Positions 62,664 to 64,000 of a stretch of 64,000 bases of DNA are shown here, in pieces. A program made the translations under genes and the position numbers. Position 1 is the stretch's first letter. Each line of letters opens with the position of its first letter. The notes beneath the pieces were generated by a model. It searched no databases and had not been told where the DNA came from. It worked only from the letters and a program-made list of their open reading frames with translations. The stretch covers positions 1,798,001 through 1,862,000 of the forward strand of contig BQFW01000011.1 in the NCBI GenBank assembly GCA_020891255.1, given 5' to 3'. This DNA is from Entomortierella parvispora E1425 (lineage: Eukaryota; Fungi; Mortierellomycota).

Positions 62664-64000
62664 ATGGACAGCCCTCAGCGTCATGTGCTTTCCTCCGGGG
62701 ACGACAATTCAGACTCGGACGGGGGCCTCTCTGGCTACGGTGATGCTGGATATGATGCTGATGACCAGCAAGCCTCCTCCGACTCTGAGCTCGTCTCCCA
62801 TCCCTCCGACAACGAGGGCCCCCTTCGCTCTCTCTCTGCCTCTCCCTCGCCCGTCCCATCGACCTCCTACCATCAACACAACATGCACTTGGCGGAAACC
62901 AGGTCCTTGCGCTATAGTCGCGACGATGATGAGGATACCGACAGCCAAGAGGACGAGGACGATGAGGAGGATGACGATGATACCCCGCTGCCGTCCTTCT
63001 CCTTGTCGCACCACGACCACGAACTGGAGCAGCTTGTCCCCGCCTCCCGCGACCTGGATGACTTCTGCCTCGTCTACTCTTCTGATCTCGACTCGCCCAG
63101 TCGCCCACAGAGTGCCTTGTCCCACCTTTCTGACCAGGACCACCCAGGCGGGCCAATGCAATTTATCTATCCGTCCATGGTCATATCGCCTTCGCCACCC
63201 CCCAGAAGCGCCCCTGTGAGACGCACGTCTGCATCCTCAAGGTCCGTGGCCTCGTCGTCGTCAGTGCAGCCACAGACACCAGAGGCAGCGTCGAGCCAGT
63301 CAGAAACACTTGCCTTCTTGTCCTCCGCAGACACAAGCTCGAGAACCGTTGCTAAACCATCTCCCCCACAAGGTTCTACTGGCCCCCTCGAGAGCTCTAC
63401 AGAGCCCCCGCACGAGCCTACGTTGGCGACCCATGACATCCCTCTGCCCAAGGTTGCACCTTCCCATCGGGTGACCTTGGAGACCACCCACACCGCGACA
63501 GCCGAGCCCGCACCATCGGCACCTGATCAGGAGACAAAGTCTGTAAAGAGCAGCAGTGCACTAGAGACTCATTCTGCTGGAGTGGACTCTGTGCCTGTGG
63601 TGAATGCAAAGAAGCAGACCAACACTTCCACGACGATCTCAACCATTTCAAGCCACAAAAGAACAATGCGAGCTGTGCCCGAGGCCCATCCCCATCAGGA
63701 AGAGCTTTCCCGAGTTAGTTCCGAGGACGAAAAAATCTGGGTCGCCTCTCCGATGCCGACCATCTCGGAAGCAGAGGCCTCCAGGCTTATCCCAAGAGTG
63801 TCTACGCCTCCAGTGCCTGCAACCAAACTAATCATTTCCGAATCACTACCTCCCGTTCTCGAGCCACCGTCGCGTAATAGAGTGCGAACTGTGGTCATTG
63901 GATTGGCAGGAATGGGCCTGTACGTCTTGGTGCTTTTTGCAGCATACTCTTATGGGGCATGGACGGCACGACCAGCACATGCAGAGATATCCCATATTCG
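62664..64000 (+). CDS. Low-complexity acidic/Ser-Pro-rich protein with a transmembrane segment; 3' end outside window
   Basis: Open frame from MDSPQRHVLSSGDD to the window end; hydrophobic VVIGLAGMGLYVLVLFAAYSY near 63890-63955. Confidence 0.75.
   Translation, partial: MDSPQRHVLSSGDDNSDSDGGLSGYGDAGYDADDQQASSDSELVSHPSDNEGPLRSLSASPSPVPSTSYHQHNMHLAETRSLRYSRDDDEDTDSQEDEDDEEDDDDTPLPSFSLSHHDHELEQLVPASRDLDDFCLVYSSDLDSPSRPQSALSHLSDQDHPGGPMQFIYPSMVISPSPPPRSAPVRRTSASSRSVASSSSVQPQTPEAASSQSETLAFLSSADTSSRTVAKPSPPQGSTGPLESSTEPPHEPTLATHDIPLPKVAPSHRVTLETTHTATAEPAPSAPDQETKSVKSSSALETHSAGVDSVPVVNAKKQTNTSTTISTISSHKRTMRAVPEAHPHQEELSRVSSEDEKIWVASPMPTISEAEASRLIPRVSTPPVPATKLIISESLPPVLEPPSRNRVRTVVIGLAGMGLYVLVLFAAYSYGAWTARPAHAEISHI

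Overview
Intron-rich eukaryotic DNA, about 50% GC with many poly(A/T) tracts and microsatellites. It looks like an early-diverging fungus (Mortierellaceae-like; inferred, not confirmed). I spliced 17 host genes by hand: an F-box/ankyrin protein (partial), TRM61, TRM9, a FYRN/FYRC (TBRG1-like) protein, TRM112, TRM11, LAS1, a class I DAHP synthase, a YbaK-like protein, SDH2, a Mic12-like protein, an FLX1-type carrier, an uncharacterised membrane coiled-coil protein, an atypical eIF4E-family protein, a tandem DPBB/expansin-like protein, OPY2 and DIP2/CPS1. A further low-complexity membrane protein runs off the right end. The standout is a 9,242-bp Mutator-like element (37944-47185) with a perfect 9-bp target-site duplication and ~135-bp repeat-rich TIRs. 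It carries a spliced Ulp1-protease/FAR1/MULE/SWIM fusion gene (three frameshifts) plus an intact two-gene PIF/Harbinger-type module whose transposase has lost catalytic residues. Also notable: four tRNA-methyltransferase genes within 11.4 kb, with TRM112 head-to-head with its partner TRM11, and a dense array of Gcn4-type sites upstream of the DAHP synthase. All family calls come from motif recognition by eye; no database search was run.
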